A stretch of DNA of 63,578 nucleotides, counting the filler, from Octopus bimaculoides (taxonomy: Eukaryota), in NCBI RefSeq assembly GCF_001194135.2. It is 4 parts of 4 records of this genome, joined end to end, with 100 filler letters (N's around TTAATTAATTAA, not from the genome) between each part and the next. Parts side by side here need not be neighbours in the genome. Positions count along the whole stretch, not along the records: positions 19,203 to 39,329 come from NC_068983.1; positions 39,430 to 61,041 come from NC_068984.1; 2 more parts are not named here. One strand, given 5' to 3'. How positions within the stretch are numbered: the first letter of the stretch is position 1; the number at the start of each line of letters is the position of its first letter. The notes under the pieces are model-generated. The model saw only the letters and a list, made by a program, of their open reading frames with translations, had not been told where the DNA came from and ran no database searches. Both the position numbers and the translations under genes were made by a program. Below are positions 36,367 to 47,554 of this stretch, piece by piece.

Positions 36367-37005
36367 ATAGTGATGTACCTTGATGTCCTGTAACCATAGT
36401 AGTTTGTAAGAACAAAAGAGACTGAAATAAAAACTAGAGTTGATATGAAGGAAGCATCCCAACATTTCTTCAATCCCATGATAAAAATGAGTGAAGGAAT
36501 AAAAAGAAATAGAGAAAGAAGAATCAAAGGGACATGTTATGACCAACTTGATTCCTTTAAATCTATTACAGGAAATTTTAACTCAACAAAATTTAATGGT
36601 TTTGGTTGGGAATTTCACTGATGAAAGCAAATAAAAACTAAAGCATTTAAAATACAATAATAAAGCTGAGTGTAGGAGTATTCACAATAAGGTATTTTCT
36701 TGAAGGTGTGGATCTGACACTAAATGTTTATCTTGGTAGACTGGTCTGAAAGTTGTTCTTGAAGAAATTTTATAGATGGATAATTATCCAGAGTATCATG
36801 ATCTCTATCATGTGAAAGCGTTACTTATTTTCCTGTACGATAATCTAAGGCAAATTTATTACTCTAATCCCTCAATAACAACCACAGAATTCATGTAGTG
36901 GATGATGGGTTCATCAACATATGCAATTATAATCAAGACATAAGTTGTTAACCAATGAAGAGATGGTGTATATTGTTAAAGATATCAAAAGTAATTCTAA
37001 TTTAC

Positions 37006-37083
37006 CATTGTTTAGTCATGAGTTGTTCTAAGTGACCACTTGTATGTAAATCCAACAACACCACATCTAATAAGATCTCTAAC
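37006..37083 (-). CDS. EXOC3: EXOC3 exon (G|LEILLDVVLLDLHTSGHLEQLMTKQ|W)
   Basis: tttatttatttttccAG acceptor and TG|GTAAAT donor, phase 2-2. Matches G..LLEEVFLDL..HL.ELMTKKW. Confidence 0.96.
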
Positions 37084-37149
37084 CTGGAAAAATAAATAAA
37101 TGAATATTCATTAAAACATATTTTTATAAAATGAAAAGTATTGAAAAGT

Positions 37150-37835
37150 AGAAGGATACTTTGAAAGAAATGAAGCTAGTATGCTTTGCTGGATGTGCAA
37201 TGTCAGTGTGCGAGTACAACAAAGTATAAGCATCTTGAGAGAAAAGTTGGTATGGTCATGTGATGCATATGGACAAGGACAGCTGTGTAAAGAAGTATCA
37301 ATCTCTAATTGTGAAGGGAACCTGAGGAAGAGGTAGACCCAGGAAGACATGGGATGAGGTGGTGAAGCATGATATTCAAAAGTTGGGCCTCACAGAGGCA
37401 ATGACTAGTGACTGAGACTTTGGTGATACACTGTTCTTGAGAAGACCTGTCAAACCAACTGAAATCGTAGTTGTGGCTGATGCTGGTGTTATGCAACAGG
37501 TACCTGTGCTGGTGGCACGTAAAAAGCACCTTTACTTTACATAATGATATTTTATATGATTTAGACAACCTTGATTGATTAGTATGTAAAAAATACTGAG
37601 TAATAGATTTAAATCATGGACTGCAAGTAATAAAAATCAGACTGCTGGTGCAGCAAAAAAAAAATGCACCTAGTACACTCTCTTAAATGGAATGGTGTTA
37701 GGAAGAGCATCCAGCCACAGAAACCATGCTAAAACTGAAACACTGGATCAAGAAATGGTCCTCCAATCCACTGAAGTTTGTCAAACCATCCAGACCATAT
37801 CAACATGGAAAGTAGCTGTAAAATGATGATGAGAT
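37150..37835 (+). mobile_element. RTE ORF end and 3' UTR pieces
   Basis: GRGRPRKTWDEVVKHDIQKLGLTEAMTSD near 37320-37410; a second tail remnant lies at 37650-37835. Confidence 0.8.
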
Positions 37836-37924
37836 AACATACTTGAGGATATTTTTACTACTGTTCAATGCAAATTTAACATCAAAATTTAACTATTATT
37901 TGAAATATATATAAAAAGGAATAC

Positions 37925-38103
37925 CCAAACTCTCCGACATCAGTAAATTTATCAGCAAGTTGAAGGAAATTATCTTTGCGTATCATATTGTGATCATCTT
38001 CATCTTCTGTACGTATATTTTCTTGACCTTCTAGCTCCAAAAACCGTTTACGAAGTTGTCTGACATAACCAGCAAATGCCAAACAGTTGTTGACATGAGC
38101 AAT
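37925..38103 (-). CDS. EXOC3: Most upstream EXOC3 exon found (IAHVNNCLAFAGYVRQLRKRFLELEGQENIRTEDEDDHNMIRKDNFLQLADKFTDVGEF|G)
   Basis: tttttcttgtttctcaccAG acceptor (phase 0) and GG|GTATTC donor (phase 2), matching the next exon. Aligns with IAIINNC..F...V..L..K.L of Sec6. Confidence 0.92.
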
Positions 38104-38680
38104 CTGGTGAGAAACAAGAAAAACCAATAAAAAAAATTTTAATTTTTATCTTGAAAAAATATTATATAAAATTATTTGTCAAAATGTTAGTGTTAAACCT
38201 CTGACCACATAGGCAGAAGTTCAGATCTTGTTGTGCCCTTCAGCAAGGCATCTGATACTACTTGCCTGACTGAACTAAAATGAAACTAGCTCTCCTCCTC
38301 TTCTTTCATGATTGACTCAGTGCTTAAAAAGGTATCAAAGTATAAAAGTGATCCAACTAACAAACCATTGCAAATATCAAGGGAGGAAAATAGATACGTT
38401 TGTTTTTTAATGAAAGAATTAGAACTATCAAAATGCTTTATTCACAAGCAGTACTTGTAAGACAAAAGAAAAATGAGATGAAAGATAAAGGAACCAATTT
38501 TATGCCACTATTAATTAAAATAATGGGTATTAGTACAATTAAATTATAAAATAGACAAGTGTGAAGAATATCTAAATATTAGCATAAGAATAAAATTATT
38601 TTTTTTCCATGAGAAATTGTTAGGAATAACCACAAGGAATAAATAAACATTTATCATTTGCTCAACTACACATCCAATGG

Positions 38681-38850
38681 ATGACCATCCAGTCTTTTTG
38701 TGTTTTGCAATGACCATCCTGTCTTTTTGTGTTTTGCAATGACCATCCTGTCTTTTTGCCTTTTGCAAAGACCATCCTGTCTTTTTGTCTTTTGCAATGA
38801 CCATCCTGTCTTTTTGCCTTTTGCAAAGACCATCCTGTCTTTTTTGTCTC
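38681..38850. repeat. 29-bp minisatellite, ~6 copies
   Basis: Units a(t/a)gaccatcctgtctttttg(t/c)(g/c)ttttgca start at 38681, 38710, 38739, 38768, 38797 and 38826. Confidence 0.95.
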
Positions 38851-39193
38851 TCCAGGACTAAAGCGTATAATTAGTTAGAGATAAAATAGTTACATAAATA
38901 ATTTATGAAATAACTAATTCACAATTTATGAATTCAAATCCACTGTAAACTTTCATTGTTTCTAAGTACAGTACTATAGGAATAATAACTATATTATCTG
39001 GGAATGTTACCAACAAAAGATGGACATCAAATCCAAGAAGAGAGGTATTTCTCATCCACATCAGAATATAAACTCAAAAGCCTTATATGTTTCAGAGATA
39101 TTTATGTAAAAGATTTATGCTTAGCTGAAATAAGAAGATAAACGGGTGCCATTTTACTGGTTAATAGTTGACCTGCTATACCTCATGCAGCAT

Positions 39194-39226
<33 letters not shown>

Positions 39227-39373
39227 ATACATGCATATATATAATATATATATGTATACATACATATATATAATATATATATGTATACATACATATATAT
39301 AATATATATATGTATACATACATATATATNNNNNNNNNNNNNNNNNNNNNNNNNNNNNNNNNNNNNNNNNNNN

Positions 39374-39385
39374 TTAATTAATTAA
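39374..39385. other. Artificial scaffolding linker inside a 100-bp gap (39330-39429)
   Basis: N44-TTAATTAATTAA-N44. Confidence 0.95.
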
Positions 39386-39570
39386 NNNNNNNNNNNNNNN
39401 NNNNNNNNNNNNNNNNNNNNNNNNNNNNNTATATATATTTATATATATATGTATATGTATATGCATATATGAAAGTTTATGCAACTGTATGTGTCTAGGT
39501 ACAAGGAATTCCTATGAAAATTAAATAATATATATGCAGACGCATACACACGCATATATCCCACATTTTC

Positions 39571-39694
<124 letters not shown>

Positions 39695-40744
39695 TGTATA
39701 CCACGAATAAAGGCAATTCTGACCACAATATTCGATATTAAATTTAGTATTTTCAATTTGCAATTGTGCTAAATTTATTGAGCAATTTGAAATTGTAAAA
39801 AAAACATTCTACATTTATACATACCTATATAGACACACACTCACACACATACATACGCTCAGCCGTACACTCTCATAGATTTCAGAGATGTCACAAGATT
39901 CTTTATTCAAAATCCTGCACATTGTTTCCAGGAAATTATGGCTGATGAAAAAATGTTATACTATTCTGACTGCAGAGATACCTGTTATTCTGTGTTGAAA
40001 TCACTACTTTGTTGTTGTTGACGTTTTGTAGCTCTTTCCTTATTCTTATTATTATAGTTTATCTGGTTACAATAACAGTGCAGAATGATCTATTAATATA
40101 AATTATAGAGTCTTGTATTTCCCAAATTTTGAGTCTTCATTATATCAAAGAGTTTTTGTCATCGTGTTGTCAGTCTTCAGTATGCCATATTTAACATATC
40201 ATAATAACATTGCCCCCTCATTTGCCACTCTGAAACAATATATGACAACACAGTGACTGGAATTACATCTGTTAGTATTTCTTAATAAAATATCGAATCT
40301 GTGTTTTCATTCATTTGTCAACCTAGGTATTTGTTACATTTTAATCAACAAATTCCCAATAATAGTTTCTTTCTTTTAATGCTTTATTCAAAACATCACT
40401 CGAAACTAGTGTCTTTTATTAAGAGTGTTCCTTCCAAAGTAATAACAGAAACATACTGTTTACTTTTTCCATTAGCCACTAATATATTAACTCCAATATC
40501 TACGATGTATTTTATAACAGCTGTTGATTCGCGAATATTTCATCTCAAGAAAATATCTGTTTGTATTTTTGGAGTGAAAACATAGTAGATAAAAACATGA
40601 AAGTACGCGATTAATGCATACACTCGATCTGATTCCAATCATTCATCACTGTGATATATGTTTCCTAATCTGTATTCTATGACAATAGTTTTGTACCTTA
40701 ATTTTGTATTTCTTCAATTGTGTTGTATTATACTAGCAAGCTTT

Positions 40745-40935
40745 AACTTTTGACACCAGGCCAGCAATTCAGATGGTGGCCGGGAAGTCGATTATATCGG
40801 CCCCAATTCTCAACTGGTACTCATTTTATCGACTCCGGAAGGATGAAAGGCAAAGTCAACAACAGTGGTATTTGAACTCAGAGCGTATAGTCGAAAACAA
40901 CAAATCCCGCTAAGCTTTTTGTCTCATGCGGTAAC
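40745..40935 (-). mobile_element. SINE family B
   Basis: ctggtactcattttatcgactccggaaggatgaaaggcaaagtcaac...atttgaactcagagcgta. Confidence 0.75.
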
Positions 40936-43116
40936 TATACAGCAATACATTTTTACGATACAAAATGTATGTATGCCTAACTTTGATAATATTGATATAA
41001 AGATTTCACGATTATTTTAGCCCGGGAATGATGTTACATTTTTTCTTATGTTTATCCAGGGTTTCCATCTATATTACCAAAAATATTACAAAAGATGAAT
41101 AAGACGAACAATTCCTTTTTTTATTTTTCCTTCTGATAGACTTTTAACAAAAGTTATATTGGCCTACGTTAACATGATCCCCTATATTTCAGATTCATGA
41201 CATTACTGGTTATATATGTAGCACAATAAAAAATAAACACCAAAATAAAGTCGGTAGTGAATTTTAAGAAAACTTTACATTTTATTGCGCGTCTAACAAA
41301 ATGACGTTATCTCTTAATCTTTTCCAGAACTGAGTAGATGGTATATTCTTGAATCCGCCAACATCTACGTACTGTGATTATCGTAATTCATTTTTACCAA
41401 CGTTGTAAAATGGGAAGCGATTAAATTGTATGAATCTAATCTTTCAAACATTTAGACCGTAAATACAAAGATCGCAATATCTGGTATAAGTTTTATATAG
41501 AAGGAAATGTGAAAATTAGAAATTTACGACTTTATAATTGTGCTAATAAATCAAAATACGATCGTGTTATCAGTAAGAAGAATGTGCAGTCAGGCGTTAT
41601 ATATGGATGGTCCATTATTCCATAAGCACCGAGATGCCTAGTTCTAGCAAAGTGATAACTTTGAACAGAAGAGAACCCTACGCTTCGAATATATTCCACA
41701 ACAATTTGCATAATGTTCAACTGAAATAGAGTCCATTTTGTTATTGGTTCTCTTCCATAATTTCAATCAATCCGCACAGCTCATATATAGGCAACGAAGG
41801 AATATTAATGATTTTATGTCCTGGAAAAAAATGGTATCGGGCAATCCCCTTCATAGGAAACGGAAAAAAGAATATGGGTTGTATTACGTGAGATATGGTT
41901 AAAAAAAAAATATTGTCAGATGATACGATATCATCCACTTGAGAATAACAGATGCCATTCTAGTGCCGTTTACTAGTAAAACAATACCTGTTTAGCTTTT
42001 ATTAAAATACAATTGCATTAAAATATAATTGTCCCTCAGCCACACTAAAATGTAGGAGCTAAATCTTTATTAAAACATGGATTATGCCAAACTTTCCTCA
42101 ACCGACGAAAATATACTCTTCTACACTTGTGTTAATATTACTAAAAAGGAATTACAGTTAACAGTACTCCACTAATCAACACTTTTCGACTGGGAATTTA
42201 TGTCTGATAGCCAAGTGCGAGAGCTGTTATAATATATATTTGGAGAGTTATAGCAAATGCACATTTTCAGTGTTAAATTCAAAGTTTGTGTTAACATTGA
42301 TTCAACTATCTAATATTGAATTCTACCCAAACAAAATAAAAAGTAGTCATAGTCTACAATGCGAATGCTGTGCTAAAATTGTGCCACATTTCCATTTACA
42401 AATGCTTTTTAGTGCATTTTATATACAAACTATAATGTGGCCGACAAAATGTTTCTACGATACAAAATGTATATATGTGTAACATTGATAAGGTTTATAT
42501 AATGATTTCGCTATTATTTCTACCCGGGAATGAAGTTAGTTTTTTTACTTAAGTTTATCCAAAGTTTCCGTCTTTATTTCTATGAATGCATAAAATGTAT
42601 CAGTTGTGATGAAAGCTGGAAATAATAAAACAGAAATAATACACAAATATTTCCTCAGTGTCCAAGAATGGATGTGAAAACATGGATATTTTGCAAAATA
42701 TTATCATTCTTTTCATTGCTTATACCATAAAGCACACTGCTATGCTATTATGTTACAGAAGAAAATATAGCAGTATGAATATAACAATATCGCTCTTTTG
42801 TGAGTTTCTAAGTGTCTATTATAAATATACTTTGTTATATATTATTTTTAGGAGTTATTGCTACATCTGTACAGTTGTTCAGTTACGAATATGACAGAAA
42901 CTTAAAAGTATGTACTTTGTCTTATACACACAAACACACGTGTGTAGTGTGTATATGTATATGCAGGTTTGTATACATATAATGCATAAATATTTATATA
43001 CGTACATGTATGTATATGGAGGTGTATATATGTATATATGTATCAAGGTATGTAGGCAGCTGGGAAGCTAGATAGGTAAGAAGGTAGGTTAGGTAAGTAT
43101 CTATACATGAACGTGT

Positions 43117-43281
43117 GTATGTATGTATGTATGTATGTATGTAGGTAGGTGGGTAGGTAGGTAGGTAGGTAGGTAGGTAGGCAGGCAGGCAGACAGGCAG
43201 GTAGGTAGGTAGGTAGGTAGGTAGGTAGGTAGGTAGGTAGGTATATAGATAGGTAGGTAGGTAGGTAGGTAGGTAGGTACG
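43117..43281. repeat. Compound (ATGT)n-(GGTA/GGCA)n microsatellite
   Basis: Read directly from the sequence. Confidence 0.95.
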
Positions 43282-43706
43282 TACTTAGGTATCTATAAAG
43301 AATTATATAATCAGAAATGGTGAGATAAGGAATTTATAATAAGCAAGACTTCAATGATGTTAAAAAAGCATACGCAAAAATGAATCGACAGCTTCATGAA
43401 TTTGTGTGTACATATGTGTTGAGAGATTATATAATTACATGAATGCACAAAATTGTACACATTTTATATGGGAATAATATTATTTGATAATGAAATCTAC
43501 TTACTTGGCGTTATGCTATATACTGATTGAGTTGTATGTGGCAATAAGCATATGTACATTATGAATGAGAAAATGTTTACACACAACCGCACACAAACAC
43601 ACAGACATATACATGCAATTTTCTGCATACACACACATATATGCGTATATGTGTGCCAGTGTATGAGTGTATCCGTGTATGCGCGCGTGTATGCGCGCGT
43701 GTATGG

Positions 43707-43737
<31 letters not shown>

Positions 43738-43856
43738 NNNNNNNNNNNNNNNNNNNNNNNNNNNNNNNNNNNNNNNNNNNNNNNNNNNNNNNNNNNNNNN
43801 NNNNNNNNNNNNNNNNNNNNNNNNNNNNNNNNNNNNNNNNNNNNNNNNNNNNNNNN

Positions 43857-43906
<50 letters not shown>

Positions 43907-44954
43907 GCATGCATGTATTTATGTATGTATTTACATATGTATGTATTCTATGCATATTCATGTTCGTGATTTTGTATGTGTGTATGTGTGTTTGTGAATC
44001 AAAGTTTTACACAAATAATCCATACAGCATTGTACGATATTTTTACTTACTTTATTACGTAATATGCACGAAAAATAGGACATCTAATATAATAATAGGT
44101 AGTTTCATGCTGCTTACATCAGCAGAGATTTTGATATATCTTTCATATTTAGAAATCAAAAATACGAACATTGAAAGTAGTAAATTTATATTTCTGATAT
44201 TTACTTCGCAATAAAGAAATACAAGAAGAGAAAAGAGGCATCTTTTACAACTATATAGGAATGCAAATATGTATCTATTTTCTAATTTAGTATATACTGA
44301 AACTATATCCAAAATATCTTCGATACTCCCTGTATGTACATATATGCGTGTATATGTGAGTTTGTCTGTCTTTGCGCTTGTGTTTGTTTGTGCCATATAG
44401 ATTTTCGTCGTTGAATACAACAGAACGCATAGATATTTATACGCACTGGGCGCAATATATAACATCCTTATACATGTTTATATATGTGTGAACGATTGTG
44501 TGTACGTATGTTGCTAAACAGATGGGTATTTAATTAAAAACTGCATCCGCTATTCAAGAAATTCTTATTCTAAATGATAATTTGTGCTAAGTGGGATGGA
44601 GGCGCACATTTCGATTCTTTCTTCTTTCACTGATTTAGCAAATACCCAGTAGACACAAGTTTCAATTTTCCAGTTTCTAAAGGAAGTTTGCATTTCAAGC
44701 AAAAGAGATAACACAAAAATGAACTTGGAAAGTATGAGAAGGTTATAATTTGAGATGCATTTGCCAAAAAAAAAAAAGAAAAGGAAGTGTAACACAAAAA
44801 GAAATACAATTAAACAGGAGAACAGAAAAAAATTGCATCATCTTCTTTAAGTCTTATTATTTGGTTATATTCACGAAGTCATTGTTTTTCTTTTATGATT
44901 GCTCATGCCGTCCTCCTCATTCTCAATATAATTATCCACCCTTCCTTCTTATAC

Positions 44955-45000
44955 TATTACTAGCAATGTCTCCCGGTGTTGCCCGGGTATTATGACCCAG
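44955..45000 (+). mobile_element. Possible Helitron-type 5' end
   Basis: tactagcaatgtctcccggtgttgcccggg resembles the ACTAG..CCCGG..TTGC.CGGG start of non-autonomous Helitrons; no 3' end was identified. Confidence 0.35.
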
Positions 45001-46312
45001 AAGCATATTGTATTATTTGCTCCTTTCTTATGGGCAGAATCGGCAAAGTGATACGTAGTTAATGGAATGATGGAAGTTATCTTTTGTTTGATAGTGAAGA
45101 CCGAGGGCACAATTTGCATGGGTTTGCATGAAAGTACTTTCTGTTCTTAAGAATAATCAGGAACTATGTATTGTTTCCTACAATTTTGTTCAGAAATCAC
45201 GTTTACAAAATTTTTATTTCCCTCTATCCCCACAGCAATTTCTTAATATGTAACATTTTTCAATGTTTTTTTATTTGTTTTTTTTTTCTGTTTTCTACGT
45301 ACAAAATACAGAGATGACGAATGGGGGAAATATATATATATATCGTTTTATAGTTTAATTTTTCTTAAAGAAACACTCATAGCCCCTTCCCCAACCTATC
45401 ACACCTACCAGCTTTCAAATAGCTAAAATCTTCCACTCTCACTTTTGACTGACGTTTCTGATGCACAGAATTCTGCTGAAATAGTAGACTTAAAAATTAC
45501 CTGACCACCTTCAGAAAACCCGACATGCTAGAAACAACAGGTAAACGACATTATTTCTGAAGAAACATCCCTGCTTTCCAAAAAGATAAAAGTGAACATT
45601 GGGAGGGTGTAGCTTTTTGAAAGTGATGAGGTGACGGGTAAAATTCTCAAAGATGCGTACTCTCTGTGTTTCCTCCATGTATTACCAATAATAAAAGTTT
45701 GAAAAAGAAAAAATAAATTTGGTGTGGAGAGGGAGAAAATTAAATTATTGAGAACAATTATTATTGTTTTGTGGGTAAAATTCTAATCTCTTGTATCGCA
45801 AACAAAGGAATCGGAAGAAATTTAGGAAACAAAAAGGGGGCAGGCGGAAATGTCGACTCGGACATGCTAAAAAGAAGAGGTAAAGAACAGGATTTCTAGG
45901 AAAACTTCCTTTTAAGATCAGGTTTTTAAATACACTCATCACAAACAGAAATTATACAATAGAAAAAGATCATTCTAATTGGGTTTAAGCTGTAAATTTT
46001 CGCGTGCACACTGCAAGAATTAACATCATTCGTACTGAAGTTTTATCTACACTATGTGTATGCATATGTGTGTGTCAAGGACAGTTATTTTATGGCATTC
46101 TTTCATTTGAAGAAGCAAAGTTTTCAACTCGAAATACATAGGATCATATGATTGTTCGTCAATTTCCGTAAAATTGTTTTAATTTCTGTATGCTTTGAAT
46201 GAAGCAGAAATTGAGAGAGAGGATAAAGTGAAGAAGCGACATTTGCTTTGAAGTGAGAGGAGAAAGTAAAAGAGAAGCAAATGTGTAAGTTGTACGTGTA
46301 TATGAAAAGGAC

Positions 46313-46348
<36 letters not shown>

Positions 46349-46407
46349 AAGTGAGAGTGAGTGAGTGAAGGTGTGTGTTGTGAGGTATGCATGTGTAAGT
46401 GGCATTC

Positions 46408-46438
<31 letters not shown>

Positions 46439-46552
46439 GTCTCTCTCTCCCTCTCTCTCTCTCTCTCACACACATAAACATTATCTTTTATATACACGTA
46501 CATAAATAGGCGGAGATAAAGAATACGCAGACAATCTTAAATCTACGAAATA

Positions 46553-46875
46553 TAATAACCTCTTTCCCACTGGACAAAAAGGATGCAGACGAGGCTCATA
46601 CGGATACAAAGATCAGCTCATAATTAATCGCATGATCCATGAGAACTGCCTTAACAAGCGCAGAAATCTCAGCTCTTCTTAGATTGATTATCAAAAAGCC
46701 TTTGACAGCATACCACATTCGTGGATTCTGAAATCGCTAGACATATTCGAAATTCCTCCTGTGATTTCAGATTTTGTAAAGTATATGTCACTATGGAACA
46801 CGAAGCTCCAATTATATCATTTTAATGGAGTATTGCGCTCAAACAATATTAGCATAAACTGTGGCATTCAGAAGG
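46553..46875 (+). mobile_element. R4/Dong-clade LINE RT segment, inverted relative to its upstream part
   Basis: NNLFPTGQKGCRRGSYGYKDQLIINRMI..IDYQKAFDSIPHSWI..NCGI. Confidence 0.88.
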
Positions 46876-46925
46876 CATAATTCAGTTTTACATACAAAAA
46901 TAATTCTAGTGGAGAAAACATATTC

Positions 46926-47515
46926 GTTTTCTCCACTAGAATAAATGTCAAAATCTTATAGGTAGTAGACAAACATGTTATAGGCCAGTAGTTTTGCGGG
47001 TCTTTGGTTTCGTTATTTTGGGGGAGGAGGTAAGTAATACCATTTTCCATTCAATGGCGAGTTTTTTCTGGGTCTTTCATAATACTATGAAATAGTATTA
47101 CTAACATTTTGTGTGCAGACGAGAGTGCTGAAAGCCAGAACTTTGGTACTCTATCAATACCAGGGAATTTCCATTTATGAGCTTTCGTTAGTACCCTCCT
47201 TAGGTCGGCGATTGAGATGTCTTTCCATACCTGTTCTTGTAAATGTTTGTAGGCATCTTGGGTGCGTTTGATCCGGTCTGCATTTTCCTTGTATGGCTTC
47301 TCATCACTCCAGATCCCTTTCCAAAAGTTTTCAACTTCTCCCATTAGGAGTGGATTTTCAATGATTACTTTTTCGTTCTCTATTTCCCTGTGAAATGATT
47401 TGACGTTGGATTTGAACATCTTATTTTGCTTGTAGAATTTGATTCTTTTCTCAAATCACGTATTCTCTGAGCCTTTGCTTAAACTTTTTATTTGTTTAAG
47501 TGTTTCTTTTGCTGA

Positions 47516-47517
<2 letters not shown>
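46926..47517 (-). mobile_element. R4/Dong-clade LINE copy B (5'-truncated)
   Basis: QNKMFKSNVKSFHREI, EVENFWKGIW, KWKFPGIDRVPKFWL and QNYWPITCLSTTYKILTFIL. Confidence 0.88.

Positions 47518-47554
<37 letters not shown>

Noticed and set aside
39010-39124. Good minus-strand acceptor at 39125 as the next upstream EXOC3 exon
   Set aside because: All three frames hit a stop within 11 codons.
39886-40021. Plus-strand frame ending LLCCC* (prenylation-like)
   Set aside because: The CCC arises from a (GTT)n run, and there is no recognisable similarity or partner exon.
41532-41938. Two minus-strand ORFs of 62 and 65 aa
   Set aside because: They show no Sec6 similarity and have no convincing donor; opposite-strand frames are equally open.
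44055-44465. 136-aa hydrophobic minus-strand ORF with splice-like sites
   Set aside because: Its I/F/L/Y-rich composition is what very AT-rich DNA gives by chance, and it has no recognisable motif.
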